A DNA stretch of 64,000 bases from Pseudomonadota bacterium. GTDB lineage: Bacteria > Pseudomonadota > Gammaproteobacteria > Xanthomonadales > SZUA-38. Location of the stretch: positions 33,839-97,838 of the forward strand of contig JBCCVP010000001.1 in assembly GCA_039195135.1 (NCBI GenBank), given 5' to 3'. The notes below the pieces were generated by a model, which worked only from the letters and a program-made list of their open reading frames with translations, searched no databases and was not told the origin of the DNA. This document shows, piece by piece, positions 18,465 to 27,300 of the stretch. Each line of letters opens with the position of its first letter. Within the stretch, counting starts at the first letter, position 1. Position numbers and translations under genes: made by a program.

Positions 18465-19054
18465 CCGACCCAGCGTAGCCTGGCGAACCGTCTGCGCTCC
18501 GAGCCGATCGGCCCGCGCTTCAGAAAGCGAACGGTTGCCGCAACCAGGTTTTGGACGCTCGCCGACGAATCCAGCTCAATGACAGGACAGGTCATCCTAA
18601 GCAACCATTGCCGGTGAAGGTGCAGGCTGCGCAGCGGGGCCCGACCTTTCTCGTACAGTTTGGCCCAGCGCATAAAGTCCAGGTGCTGCCGACGCATGTC
18701 ACCGCCGGGCTGAATTCGGTCGCCGTAGCGCTGCTGTTCCCGATCCCGCAGCCGACGCAGGCGCTGCGTCCCATCCAACCGCAGGAATACCAGATGGGTG
18801 AATTGATCAAGCAGCGGGTCACCCCAACTGCAAAGCGATCCCGACAGCACCCAGCTTTCCAGGCCGTGGGTTTTGGCCTGGATCGCCCGCACGCGCTCGG
18901 CGGGCTCGACCTTGTCAGTAAATGGCGGGTCGGTGTGGACCCAGTAGAAATGATCCGTATCGAGATGCGGACACCGGAGTTCCGCGGCCAGCGCCGCCCC
19001 CAGGGTCGTTACGCCGGAGCCGGAGGCGCCGAAGACGTGAATCCGGGCCTGCAT
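18392..19054 (-). CDS. P-loop NTPase, adenylate-kinase/FlaR-like small kinase
   Basis: The Walker A motif is IHVFGASGSGVTTLGAALA, followed by HLDTDHFYW. The last ~40 residues are Arg-rich and low-complexity, and they overlap the convergent gene by 73 nt. Confidence 0.6.
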   Translation of the reverse strand: MQARIHVFGASGSGVTTLGAALAAELRCPHLDTDHFYWVHTDPPFTDKVEPAERVRAIQAKTHGLESWVLSGSLCSWGDPLLDQFTHLVFLRLDGTQRLRRLRDREQQRYGDRIQPGGDMRRQHLDFMRWAKLYEKGRAPLRSLHLHRQWLLRMTCPVIELDSSASVQNLVAATVRFLKRGPIGSERRRFARLRWVGYSHLPLGRNFLSKRASTLCTRSV

Positions 19055-19077
19055 CCTGTTCAGTCCCGGATCGCAGC

Positions 19078-19527
19078 CTACTTAACGGCGGTGCATTCCA
19101 CTTCGACCCTCGCGCCGATCGCCAGCCCGCTGGCGCCAAAGGCGCTGCGGGCGGGGTAGTGCTCATCGAAGTAGGTGGCGTAAACCTCGTTGAAGGTACC
19201 CCATTCAGAAATGTCGGCCAGCATCACCAGGCATTTGACCAGGTCGTTCATGGTGTAGCCGTGGGCTTCGAGGATGGTCTTGATGTTATCCATGGTCTGG
19301 CGCGTTTCCGCCTCGATGCCGCCGGGGGCCAGCTTCATCTCACCGGGCACAATGCCGACCTGGCCGGAAAGATAAAGCGTGTTGCCAACCCGCACCGCCT
19401 CGGAAAGCGGAATATCAGGCGGCAGCACTTTTCCCGAGTTCAGGTACTCCGGCGCAGCGGCGGCGGAAAACGTCATCAGCGCAAGGCATGCGCCCAGCAG
19501 TCGGGTTAGAACTTGCGGTTTCATCAT
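19078..19527 (-). CDS. RidA/YjgF/L-PSP family protein with an N-terminal signal peptide
   Basis: Signal-like N-terminus MMKPQVLTRLLGACLALMTFSAAAAP. RidA blocks VRVGNTLYLSGQVG...ETRQTMDNIKTILEAHG...PARSAFGASGLAIGARVEVECTA. Confidence 0.8.
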   Translation of the reverse strand: MMKPQVLTRLLGACLALMTFSAAAAPEYLNSGKVLPPDIPLSEAVRVGNTLYLSGQVGIVPGEMKLAPGGIEAETRQTMDNIKTILEAHGYTMNDLVKCLVMLADISEWGTFNEVYATYFDEHYPARSAFGASGLAIGARVEVECTAVK

Positions 19528-19614
19528 TAGCTCCCCTCCGAGCAGAGTGGCGATGCCGATGGTAGCACCAGAAGCGGTGCGCAGTTATTCCCCGAGTGCG
19601 ACGGCTGCACCCGG

Positions 19615-19866
19615 CTAGTGAAGACTCAGCAGAATCTGGATCTGTCGCCGGCCCAGACCGCGGGTGAGGTCTTTTTCCTCGACCGTTAGATTGCCATCCG
19701 CAGACAGGTATTGCTCAATTTTTGCGGCGATCTCCACGGTAGGCAGGTAGTAAAAGGAAGGATGCTGCCGCGCCAGCTTGGCCACAACCTTTTCGAGTAG
19801 CTGGCGCTGTTTTTCAGCCTTCAGGTCTTTGCGCTTGTCTTCCATCGTTCGCTCGGGCCGCAGCAT
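19615..19866 (-). CDS. Small hypothetical protein (76-83 aa)
   Basis: An ORF with a charged, coiled N-terminus (MEDKRKDLKAEKQRQLLEKVVAKLARQH). It is co-directional with the flanking genes. I recognised no family. Confidence 0.35.
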   Translation of the reverse strand: MLRPERTMEDKRKDLKAEKQRQLLEKVVAKLARQHPSFYYLPTVEIAAKIEQYLSADGNLTVEEKDLTRGLGRRQIQILLSLH

Positions 19867-19940
19867 GGAAGCGTTCAGTCTGACGCAAATCTGACGTGAT
19901 AGGAAAACCTCGGCGAGGGTTTGACGCCGCCAGTGGGTCG

Positions 19941-21149
19941 CTAGGCGGCCGGCAACGCGTGCCTAAGCCGCTTGAGATCGCCGTGGCGACTTGGAATATC
20001 GTCCCGGGGCGCCGCGCAGCGCAGGTCCCGCAGCTTTTCCAGACCCCGTAGCAGCACCGGCAGCGGCGGACCGCTGGCGGTCAGGCCCTGGTGGTTCTCT
20101 TCCGGCAGTCGTGCCGCCGGCTGGTCAATAAACCGGCTCACCAGCTGATCGTGATGCTGCACCGCCGTTTCGCCGTGGGCTTTGCACACGTCAAGGAATG
20201 CCCGCCCGTTGGTCTGAAACCAGGGTTCCCGGTTGTGGTCATCAAGCTGACCCAGAAAGTCATCCAGGAGGCTGGTCTGGCGCATGCAGTTGCGCAGGCG
20301 CTTCTGATCCTCCGGCATCATGTAGAGAAATTTGTCGACGAGCTGCTGGGAATAGGACGGATCGTTGGCCTGGCAAAGGCCCAGCAGCAGATCAATCTCA
20401 TTGATCCCGGCAAAATCGCCGGCGTTGGCGCCGCGGTACACGTGCAGGCCAACGCGAAACGGCTTGTAGTAGGGCCGAACCGCGTAAAAAAACTGGTCCA
20501 CATCGAGCTTTTCGAACAGCAGCTGGTTGGATCGGGCCACGGCCTTCAGCGCAATCTCCGCCGCCTCCAGCAGGTCCAGCGCCAGCGGATGGGAGATGCC
20601 CATAGGCAGGATCTTTACCAGCGCGTCGGCGGCCCGCTGGTAAGAAAACACGGCGCGGGTGTTGTACTCGAGAAAAACGAACTCATCGTCGAGGGCGGTA
20701 AAACTCTTGTAGCGCCCGTTGATGGCCCGGTTATGAGTCGCAAGATGGCTCGTGGCGTAGCGCGGCGTCACACCGAGGGACGCGCCCAGATGCATGGCCA
20801 GAGCGGACGCCTCGGTCAGCGGTGACACCCGTTCGCGGTCCGGATCAGTCATGCCGTGGCGCCGGCAGGCCGCCATGTAAAACCCGACGTTGCCCAGCAG
20901 ATCAAAAGCACACTCAAAGCCGCCGTCCGTGTTGCCCTCATTCAGCAGCGGAATGATCAGCGCCCGGCCTTCTTCCAGCAGGGCTTTTTTCTGCGCCTCC
21001 CCGATGCCGGATACGTCGGCCCGATTTTCCCGCGTGGCGTAAAGGCCCTCAAGCTCGGTATTGAGTTCCACAAAGCGGCCTCGAATCCAGCGGTCGAAGG
21101 CTTTGGTATTGGGCGTGGTGCGGGTTTCTCGCAGGGCGTTCGGCTGCAT
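19941..21149 (-). CDS. PrnB/DUF1864-family protein (IDO/TDO-superfamily heme enzyme-like)
   Basis: 402 aa. Segments LLGNVGFYMAACRRHG and VDQFFYAVRPYYKPFRVGLHVYRGANAGDFAGINEIDLLLG resemble, from my memory of Pseudomonas PrnB, MRDIGFFLGSLKRHG and [42 protein letters not shown]. The match was not verified by alignment software. Confidence 0.55.
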   Translation of the reverse strand: MQPNALRETRTTPNTKAFDRWIRGRFVELNTELEGLYATRENRADVSGIGEAQKKALLEEGRALIIPLLNEGNTDGGFECAFDLLGNVGFYMAACRRHGMTDPDRERVSPLTEASALAMHLGASLGVTPRYATSHLATHNRAINGRYKSFTALDDEFVFLEYNTRAVFSYQRAADALVKILPMGISHPLALDLLEAAEIALKAVARSNQLLFEKLDVDQFFYAVRPYYKPFRVGLHVYRGANAGDFAGINEIDLLLGLCQANDPSYSQQLVDKFLYMMPEDQKRLRNCMRQTSLLDDFLGQLDDHNREPWFQTNGRAFLDVCKAHGETAVQHHDQLVSRFIDQPAARLPEENHQGLTASGPPLPVLLRGLEKLRDLRCAAPRDDIPSRHGDLKRLRHALPAA

Positions 21150-21286
21150 GGCGGGCGCTAATCATTCAGAGACTGGGATAATGGTATCGCTACCGGGAGA
21201 GGCAATACCTGCTGTATTTTTCCGCTAGGCTCCATATTTTTAGCCAAATACTCTACAATTACCTTTCAGAATAGTGATTTATACTC

Positions 21287-21736
21287 ATGGATAGAATAGA
21301 CCAGCAGATTCTCGAGCAATTGCGGCGCGACGCTCGGATCAGCAACGTGCAGCTCGCGGAGCGCGTGAATCTGTCGCCAACCCCCTGCCTTCGCCGGGTA
21401 AAGAAACTGGAAACCCAGGGCGTGATCAAAGGCTACCGGGCTGAGCTGGACACCCAGGCCCTGGGTTATGAGGTGTCGGCCATCGCGTTTATCAAACTCA
21501 CCCGAAAAAGTGAGGGCAACGCCGAAGCGTTTGAGGAGGCCGTGGGTCAGCTCGATGCGGTCACCGAGTGCTGTGTCGTAGCCGGGTCCTACGATTACCT
21601 GCTGCGGATTGTCGCCCGCAGCCTGAGCGACTACGAGCTGTTCCTGAAGAAAAACCTGGCCGGCATCGAGGCGATTGCCGACATTGAATCCACCATTATT
21701 CTGAAACAGGTGGAATGCTCCGCGCTGCTGTCCTGA
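21287..21736 (+). CDS. Lrp/AsnC-family transcriptional regulator
   Basis: MDRIDQQILEQLRRDARISNVQLAERVNLSPTPCLRRVKKLETQGVIKGY is followed by an AsnC ligand-binding (RAM) domain. The gene is divergent from the PrnB-like gene across an AT-rich 137-bp spacer. Confidence 0.9.
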   Translation: MDRIDQQILEQLRRDARISNVQLAERVNLSPTPCLRRVKKLETQGVIKGYRAELDTQALGYEVSAIAFIKLTRKSEGNAEAFEEAVGQLDAVTECCVVAGSYDYLLRIVARSLSDYELFLKKNLAGIEAIADIESTIILKQVECSALLS

Positions 21737-21737
21737 G

Positions 21738-23345
21738 CTAGCCCCCGGTTTGACGAAGCGCCAGGGAGGCACCTCGCTGGGCGATCATCATCGTCGGTGC
21801 ATTGGTGTTGCCGGCAACCACCTCCGGCATCACCGATGCGTCGATCACCCGGATATTCGAGGCCCCGACCAGCTTTAGATCCGGCGTCACTACCGTTTCC
21901 GGATGGCCGGCTGCTCCCATGCGGCAGGTGCCCACCGGGTGATAGGCCGTGCCCAGCCGCTGGTGCATGTAGTGCTCCAGCTGCTCCCGGGAGCTGATAC
22001 CGGGCCCCGGCGCAAGCTCCTCACTCCGCGACGGGTCGAAGGCGCCGGCGGCGAGAATGCGGCGCAGCAGCTCAAGGCCGTTGAGCAGGGTTTCGTTGTC
22101 GCGCTCGTCCGCGAGCAGATTCAGGTCAATGTCCAGCTTCCCATCGGGGCCAGCCAGCCGCAGTGATCCCCGGGAGTGGGGTTTGAGCAGACACACGTCG
22201 CAGTAATAGCCCCGACCCCAGACAATCATGCGGTCCTCGTGTCCCAGCCGCGCCGGAATAAAGTGGAACTGCACGTCCGGTTCGCAGAGCGCCGGCTGGG
22301 TGCGGGCAAAGCCACCCCCTTCCACCTGGTTGGAGGCCAGCAGTCCGCTGCGGGCAAACAGGTAGCGGAACGGCGCCAGCGCCAGCGTTGGCAGCGAGGT
22401 CAGGCTCAGCCCGTAGCCGGCCGGCCCGCCACCGTGGAATACCGCGGTCGCCGGATGATCATGAAGGTTCTGCCCCACCCCCGGTAGATTATGCTTCACC
22501 GAAAGACCCAGACTCTGAAGGTGCTCACCGGGACCAATCCCGGACTTCAGCAGCAGTGCCGGCGATCCGATCGCCCCCGCCGCGAGCACCAGTTCGTGTC
22601 CCACCGCGATCCGGCGGAACCGGGCTCCCTCGGCAAGCTCCACTGCCGTCGCCCGGCCGTTGTCAAACTCGATCCGGCTCGCCTCACTGTTGGTGATCAC
22701 GGTGAGGTTAGGGCGGCGCAGCGCCGGGCGCAGGAACGCGTCGGCCGCACTCCAGCGGCGACCGTTGCGCATCGTGGTCTGGTAGGCGCCCAGCCCTTCC
22801 TGCTGTTCGCCGTTAAAGTCCACGGAGCCAGGAATACCCACGGACGCCCCCGCCGCCTGCCAAACTTTAAGGAGCGGATGCACCGTGGGCAGGTCCTGTA
22901 CGTGAAGCGGCCCGGCATCGCCGTGACGCGGGTCCGACCCGAGCCGCGCGTTGCGCTCCTGATCAACAAACACCGGCAGCACGTCTTCCCAGGCCCAGCC
23001 CACAGCACCCAGCTCTGCCCAGCGGTCGTAGTCCGAGGGGCGGCCCCGGATATAAACCATGGAGTTAATCGAGCCGGAGCCTCCGAGGCCCCGCCCGCGA
23101 GGGATCGGAACCTCGTGGCCGCCGAGATGCGCGTGGGGTGCCGAGCGAAAACGCCAGTCAAACCGGGGGTTTTTCATCAGCCCGATGAGGCCAAAGGGGA
23201 TCTTGATACGCAGGTCCCGATCGACATTGCCGGCCTCCAGCAGGCAAACCGCATGCCGGCCCGAAGCAGACAGGCGATCGGCCAGCACGCAGCCGGCGGA
23301 GCCGCCGCCCACGATCACATAGTCGAACTCAACGACATCATTCAC
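21738..23345 (-). CDS. GMC-family FAD oxidoreductase (choline/alcohol dehydrogenase-like)
   Basis: FDYVIVGGGSAGCVLADRLS, GRGLGGSGSINSMVY, and the C-terminal region TAYHPVGTCRMG...IRVIDASVMPEVVAGNTNAPTMMIAQR. Confidence 0.85.
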   Translation of the reverse strand: MNDVVEFDYVIVGGGSAGCVLADRLSASGRHAVCLLEAGNVDRDLRIKIPFGLIGLMKNPRFDWRFRSAPHAHLGGHEVPIPRGRGLGGSGSINSMVYIRGRPSDYDRWAELGAVGWAWEDVLPVFVDQERNARLGSDPRHGDAGPLHVQDLPTVHPLLKVWQAAGASVGIPGSVDFNGEQQEGLGAYQTTMRNGRRWSAADAFLRPALRRPNLTVITNSEASRIEFDNGRATAVELAEGARFRRIAVGHELVLAAGAIGSPALLLKSGIGPGEHLQSLGLSVKHNLPGVGQNLHDHPATAVFHGGGPAGYGLSLTSLPTLALAPFRYLFARSGLLASNQVEGGGFARTQPALCEPDVQFHFIPARLGHEDRMIVWGRGYYCDVCLLKPHSRGSLRLAGPDGKLDIDLNLLADERDNETLLNGLELLRRILAAGAFDPSRSEELAPGPGISSREQLEHYMHQRLGTAYHPVGTCRMGAAGHPETVVTPDLKLVGASNIRVIDASVMPEVVAGNTNAPTMMIAQRGASLALRQTGG

Positions 23346-23470
23346 GGCTAATCGGCTCGGCCAAACGCAGGGTCAGCGTCGCATCTTAGCGGTCTTCCGA
23401 CGCCCCCACCAGCGTTCCGCGGCGCAAACCTGCTATCACCTAACCCACTGTTTTTAATGTTTTTTATATC

Positions 23471-23509
23471 TGGTCACCAAATGGTCAGGACATGGTCGCG
23501 GGCGGGTCA
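23471..23509 (+). promoter_or_regulatory. Four direct hexamer repeats (TGGTCA-like) phased at exactly 11 bp, upstream of the methyltransferase gene
   Basis: TGGTCA at 23471-76, TGGTCA at 23482-87, TGGTCG at 23493-98 and GGGTCA at 23504-09. GGTCAGGAC also occurs twice (23483-91 and 23505-13). The array ends 64 nt before the ATG at 23573. Confidence 0.4.
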
Positions 23510-23572
23510 GGACCTGCCGGGGGTGATCCGGGAGACTCCTCGGCAACTTAAATCCCACCGAGGAGAAACACC

Positions 23573-24337
23573 ATGAAACGCACATCGATTCTGATCTACG
23601 GTGTCGTGAGCTACCTGATTTTTTTCGCGTCCTTCCTGTACGCCATCGGCTTCATCGGCAATTTTGGCGTTCCGGTCACCATCGACGCGGACCCCAGCCG
23701 GCCCATGGTCGAAGCGCTGATGATCGATCTGGGCCTGCTGGCCCTGTTTGCCCTGCAGCACAGCGGCATGGCCCGGCGCGGCTTTAAGGAGCAGTGGACC
23801 AAGATTGTGCCGCCGGCCGCCGAGCGCAGCACCTACGTGCTGTTTTCCTCGATTGCGCTCATCGCCATCATGGCGCTGTGGCAGCCCATCGGCGGCCTGT
23901 GCTGGGACGTCCAGAACGAGATAGGCCGCATCGCGCTGCTTTCGCTGTATCTGTTCGGCTGGGCGCTGGTGCTCGTTTCCACGTTCCTGATCAACCACTT
24001 TGATCTATTCGGCCTGGCGCAGGTATGGGCCTTCTTTCAAGGTCGCGAATACGTACATCCCAAGTTCCGCACGCCGAGCCTTTACCGCATCGTGCGCCAC
24101 CCGCTTTACGTGGGCTGGATCATCGTGATGTGGGCTGCCCCCACCATGACGCTGGCCCACGCGGTGTTTGCTCTGGTGTGCACGGTCTACATCGTGGCTG
24201 CCATCCAGTTCGAGGAAAAGGATCTGGTGCACTACCACGGCGATCAGTATCGCCAGTACCAGAAAGAAGTTCCCATGCTGATTCCGCGCACGCCGCGATC
24301 CCGGGATGCCGTCAACCCGCCGCTGGATCTGGCCTGA
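23573..24337 (+). CDS. Polytopic membrane methyltransferase of the ICMT/PEMT superfamily, MddA-like (candidate methanethiol S-methyltransferase)
   Basis: 254 aa with GAGGAG upstream. The N-terminus ILIYGVVSYLIFFASFLYAIGFIGNFGVPVTIDA and the block YRIVRHPLYVGWIIVMWAAPTMT fit the family as I remember it. The substrate is not determinable from sequence. Confidence 0.55.
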   Translation: MKRTSILIYGVVSYLIFFASFLYAIGFIGNFGVPVTIDADPSRPMVEALMIDLGLLALFALQHSGMARRGFKEQWTKIVPPAAERSTYVLFSSIALIAIMALWQPIGGLCWDVQNEIGRIALLSLYLFGWALVLVSTFLINHFDLFGLAQVWAFFQGREYVHPKFRTPSLYRIVRHPLYVGWIIVMWAAPTMTLAHAVFALVCTVYIVAAIQFEEKDLVHYHGDQYRQYQKEVPMLIPRTPRSRDAVNPPLDLA

Positions 24338-24363
24338 GCGCCGGACCTTTAAGGAGAATTCCA

Positions 24364-27300
24364 ATGATTGCTCGACCCTTTTACGCAAGTCCGGTCGCGT
24401 TCTTTCGCACCGGACTACTTGGCGCCACGCTCACGGCCGGCCTCACCTTTGGCGGTAATGTCCACGCGCTGATTACCGTGGGCAGCGATGCCGCCTGCGA
24501 CTTCAACAATCTCCAGGCCGCCGTCGATTCAATCCCGCGAGGAGAATCTGACGTCATTCGCCTGGCCAACAATCTGAATGCCGAACCCGTGCAGGTGGTC
24601 GGCGTGAGCATCGACGTCATCGGCGGCTACACCAGCTGTACGGACAGCACGTCGAACGCCAACGACCGTTCGATCATCCGCGGCTTTGGCGGCGTCCAGC
24701 CGGTGGTATTCGCCTCCGGCTTTACCAACGCCGAGCCGCAGTACCTGCGTCTGACCTCGGTCATCGTTGAAGACGGCAGCGCGGAGTTTGGTTCCGGCAT
24801 CCGGGTGGGTGCCCGCTACGCTGCCAACCTGTCAAACGTGATCGTGCGGGATAACGTCAGCCAGGACAGCGGCGGCGGCATCTATCTGGACGGGAGCAAC
24901 GGCGCCACACTCAGGTTGGAGTACGGTACCCGGGTGGAAGACAACCACGCCGGCAAATACGGCGGTGGGATCTTCTGCCGCAACGGCCAGATCGACTTCC
25001 GCGATGGCGCCATCGACAGCAACCTGGCCGGCGCCCACGGCGGCGGAGTCCACCTCGATAACTGCGAGCTGACCGGCTCCTTTTCCGGGGCCCGGTCGAT
25101 CAGTCACAATCGCGTCGATTACCACACCGCGGGGCTGGATGGAGACGATCTGCTCGGCGGCCTGCTTCTCGCGGCCGGCGGCGGACTCTTTGTGATCAAC
25201 AGCAGCACGGTGGTGCTGGGGAGCGAAAGCTCCAGCACGGTCATCGAGCACAACCAGGTGCGCGATGGGTACTACGACGGCGGCGGGTTCGCCAACTACA
25301 ATATCTACGGGTATGGCGGCGGCCTGGCGGCCCGGGGTGGCGCTACGGCCATCAGCCTGACCAACACCCACGTCGGCCACAACACCGGCATGCACGGGGG
25401 CGGCGCCTACCTGTTCGACGGTGCTCATCTCAGCGTTCAGCGGGACCCGGAAGGCTGCCAGACAGTGGCGGGGTATGTCGGCTGTGCGAGCTTCGACGAC
25501 AATCTGGCCGAGGGCTACTCCCAGGGGTTTACCGGCTGTGTAGCCACCGCGGCCACTTTTGCCGGCCAGGGTGGCGCTCTGGCCGCCCTGTCCGGGGCGA
25601 GCGCCCGATTTGACGGCGTGACCATCCGGGATAACACCGTGACCCGCTACAAGTCGTGCGTCTTCGTGAACGACAAGTACCGGCCGGAAGGGGCTGCCAT
25701 TTACCAGTCTTCCTCCCACGTGGAGTTGCTTAACAGCCTGGTGCATCGAAACGTTGGTGCCGGCGAAGACGCGCCGGACGATATCATTCATCTGGCGGGC
25801 AGCAGCCCTTCGCTCAAGGTTGTGCACAGCCACATCGTTGGCAACGACAGTGACGTGGAAGCCACGATACGAACCTCCGCGGCGAGCCCCCGGTTCCAGA
25901 TCTTTTCTTCCATCATTCTCACCACCGGCAGCCGCGGTTTTGGTACCGCTTCGGCGAGCGACGTAGAGGTCACCGTCGATTGCCTATACGCCAGCAACAC
26001 GGCACCTTTTTCCGATCAGCCGGGCCTTGCCTTCAACCTGATGGACGGCAGCAATCCCGGTTTTGTGAACGGTTCGGCCGGCGATTTTCGCCTTGCGGCC
26101 GGTTCTGACGCGGTGGATTTCTGCGATGCCGGCGCCATTGCTGCCGCGGGCCTGAGCAGCGGCATCCAGAAAGATCTGGACGGCAACGATCGACCGATTC
26201 TGGTCACCCAGCCCGCAACGGCTTACGACCTGGGCGCCTTTGAGTACCAGAGTGGTATTGCCGCCCAGGTGGTGGATCTTGGCGTTACCATCGATGATGG
26301 CGGCCTGAATTACGCCCCGAACAGCACCATGGGCTACACCGTCACGCTCCGCAATGAGGGACCGGAGGCAATTTCCGACGCCGCCTTCCGGCTCGAACTG
26401 GACAACGTTATCGGCAACCGGTCAGTGATTCCGTTCAGCGGCGACTGGTCCTGCTTGGAAAACGGCCAACTGTTGACCTGCAGCTATGAGGCAAACTTGA
26501 TTGCCGGGCAAACCGCCCCAGCCGTTGCGGTTCAGTTTGCCGCGCCGGACTACCCGGCCCAGCTGCGCAGCACGGTGAAAACGGTTGCTTCCAATACCGT
26601 TGTGGATCCGGTGGACAGCAACAACGAGGCGACCGAAGTCACCTCCATCAGCCAGGAGGCCGATCTGGCGGTGAGCGTAATCGCCGCGCCGGAGGTGGTC
26701 ACGCCGGGAACCCGGCCCGTGTATCGATTCGGGCTTGAGAACCTGGGTCCGGATACGGCCAGCCAGCCGCGTATCACCTTTACCTTTCCTGGGGTTGCTA
26801 TTGAGCCCCGGGTGGACGTGGCTCCAACGGGCTTTACCTGCGGCGAGGTGGTGGAACTGCCGAACGAAACCCTGACCGTGAGCTGCGAGCGTACGACCCT
26901 GGCGGTGGTCCAGCAGGAGTTTGACGTGTCGGCACGCCTGCCTACGGATTATTCGGACTTAAGCTGGGATATCAGCGCGCGCGCCCAGTCAGCCTCCGGC
27001 GATGCGGACACTGCAAACGATGAAGCCCTGGCAAGTTCTGAACTGGGTTTTCTGGGCGCCGACCTGAGTCTCAGCGGCGTCGCTCCGGAATATCTTCAGC
27101 CCACCACGATCAATCAGTTTGCCATCACCCTGGAAAACCTCGGGCCCGGCCTCGCCCAGGCCCCGGTCATCACCGGCGCGTTTTCCGGCGGCGCGGCGGA
27201 CCCGCTGATCGTCTCCGGCGCCGGCTTTATCTGCGTACCCGTCGGGGCCGAACCCTACGAGGGGTTTGAGTGCCTGGCCAATGCTGATCTTCCCGTCTCG

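Noticed and set aside
24025-24363. Long N-terminal extensions given by the ORF track. They are 24025-24363, 1891-2046, 39137-39334, 42054-42140, 34752-34838, 56374-56460, 13958-14002 and 57673-57702.
   Set aside because: The extensions overlap upstream genes or are compositionally odd. In-frame downstream ATG or GTG codons give proper signal peptides or Rossmann N-termini, Shine-Dalgarno-like sequences and neat stop/start overlaps.
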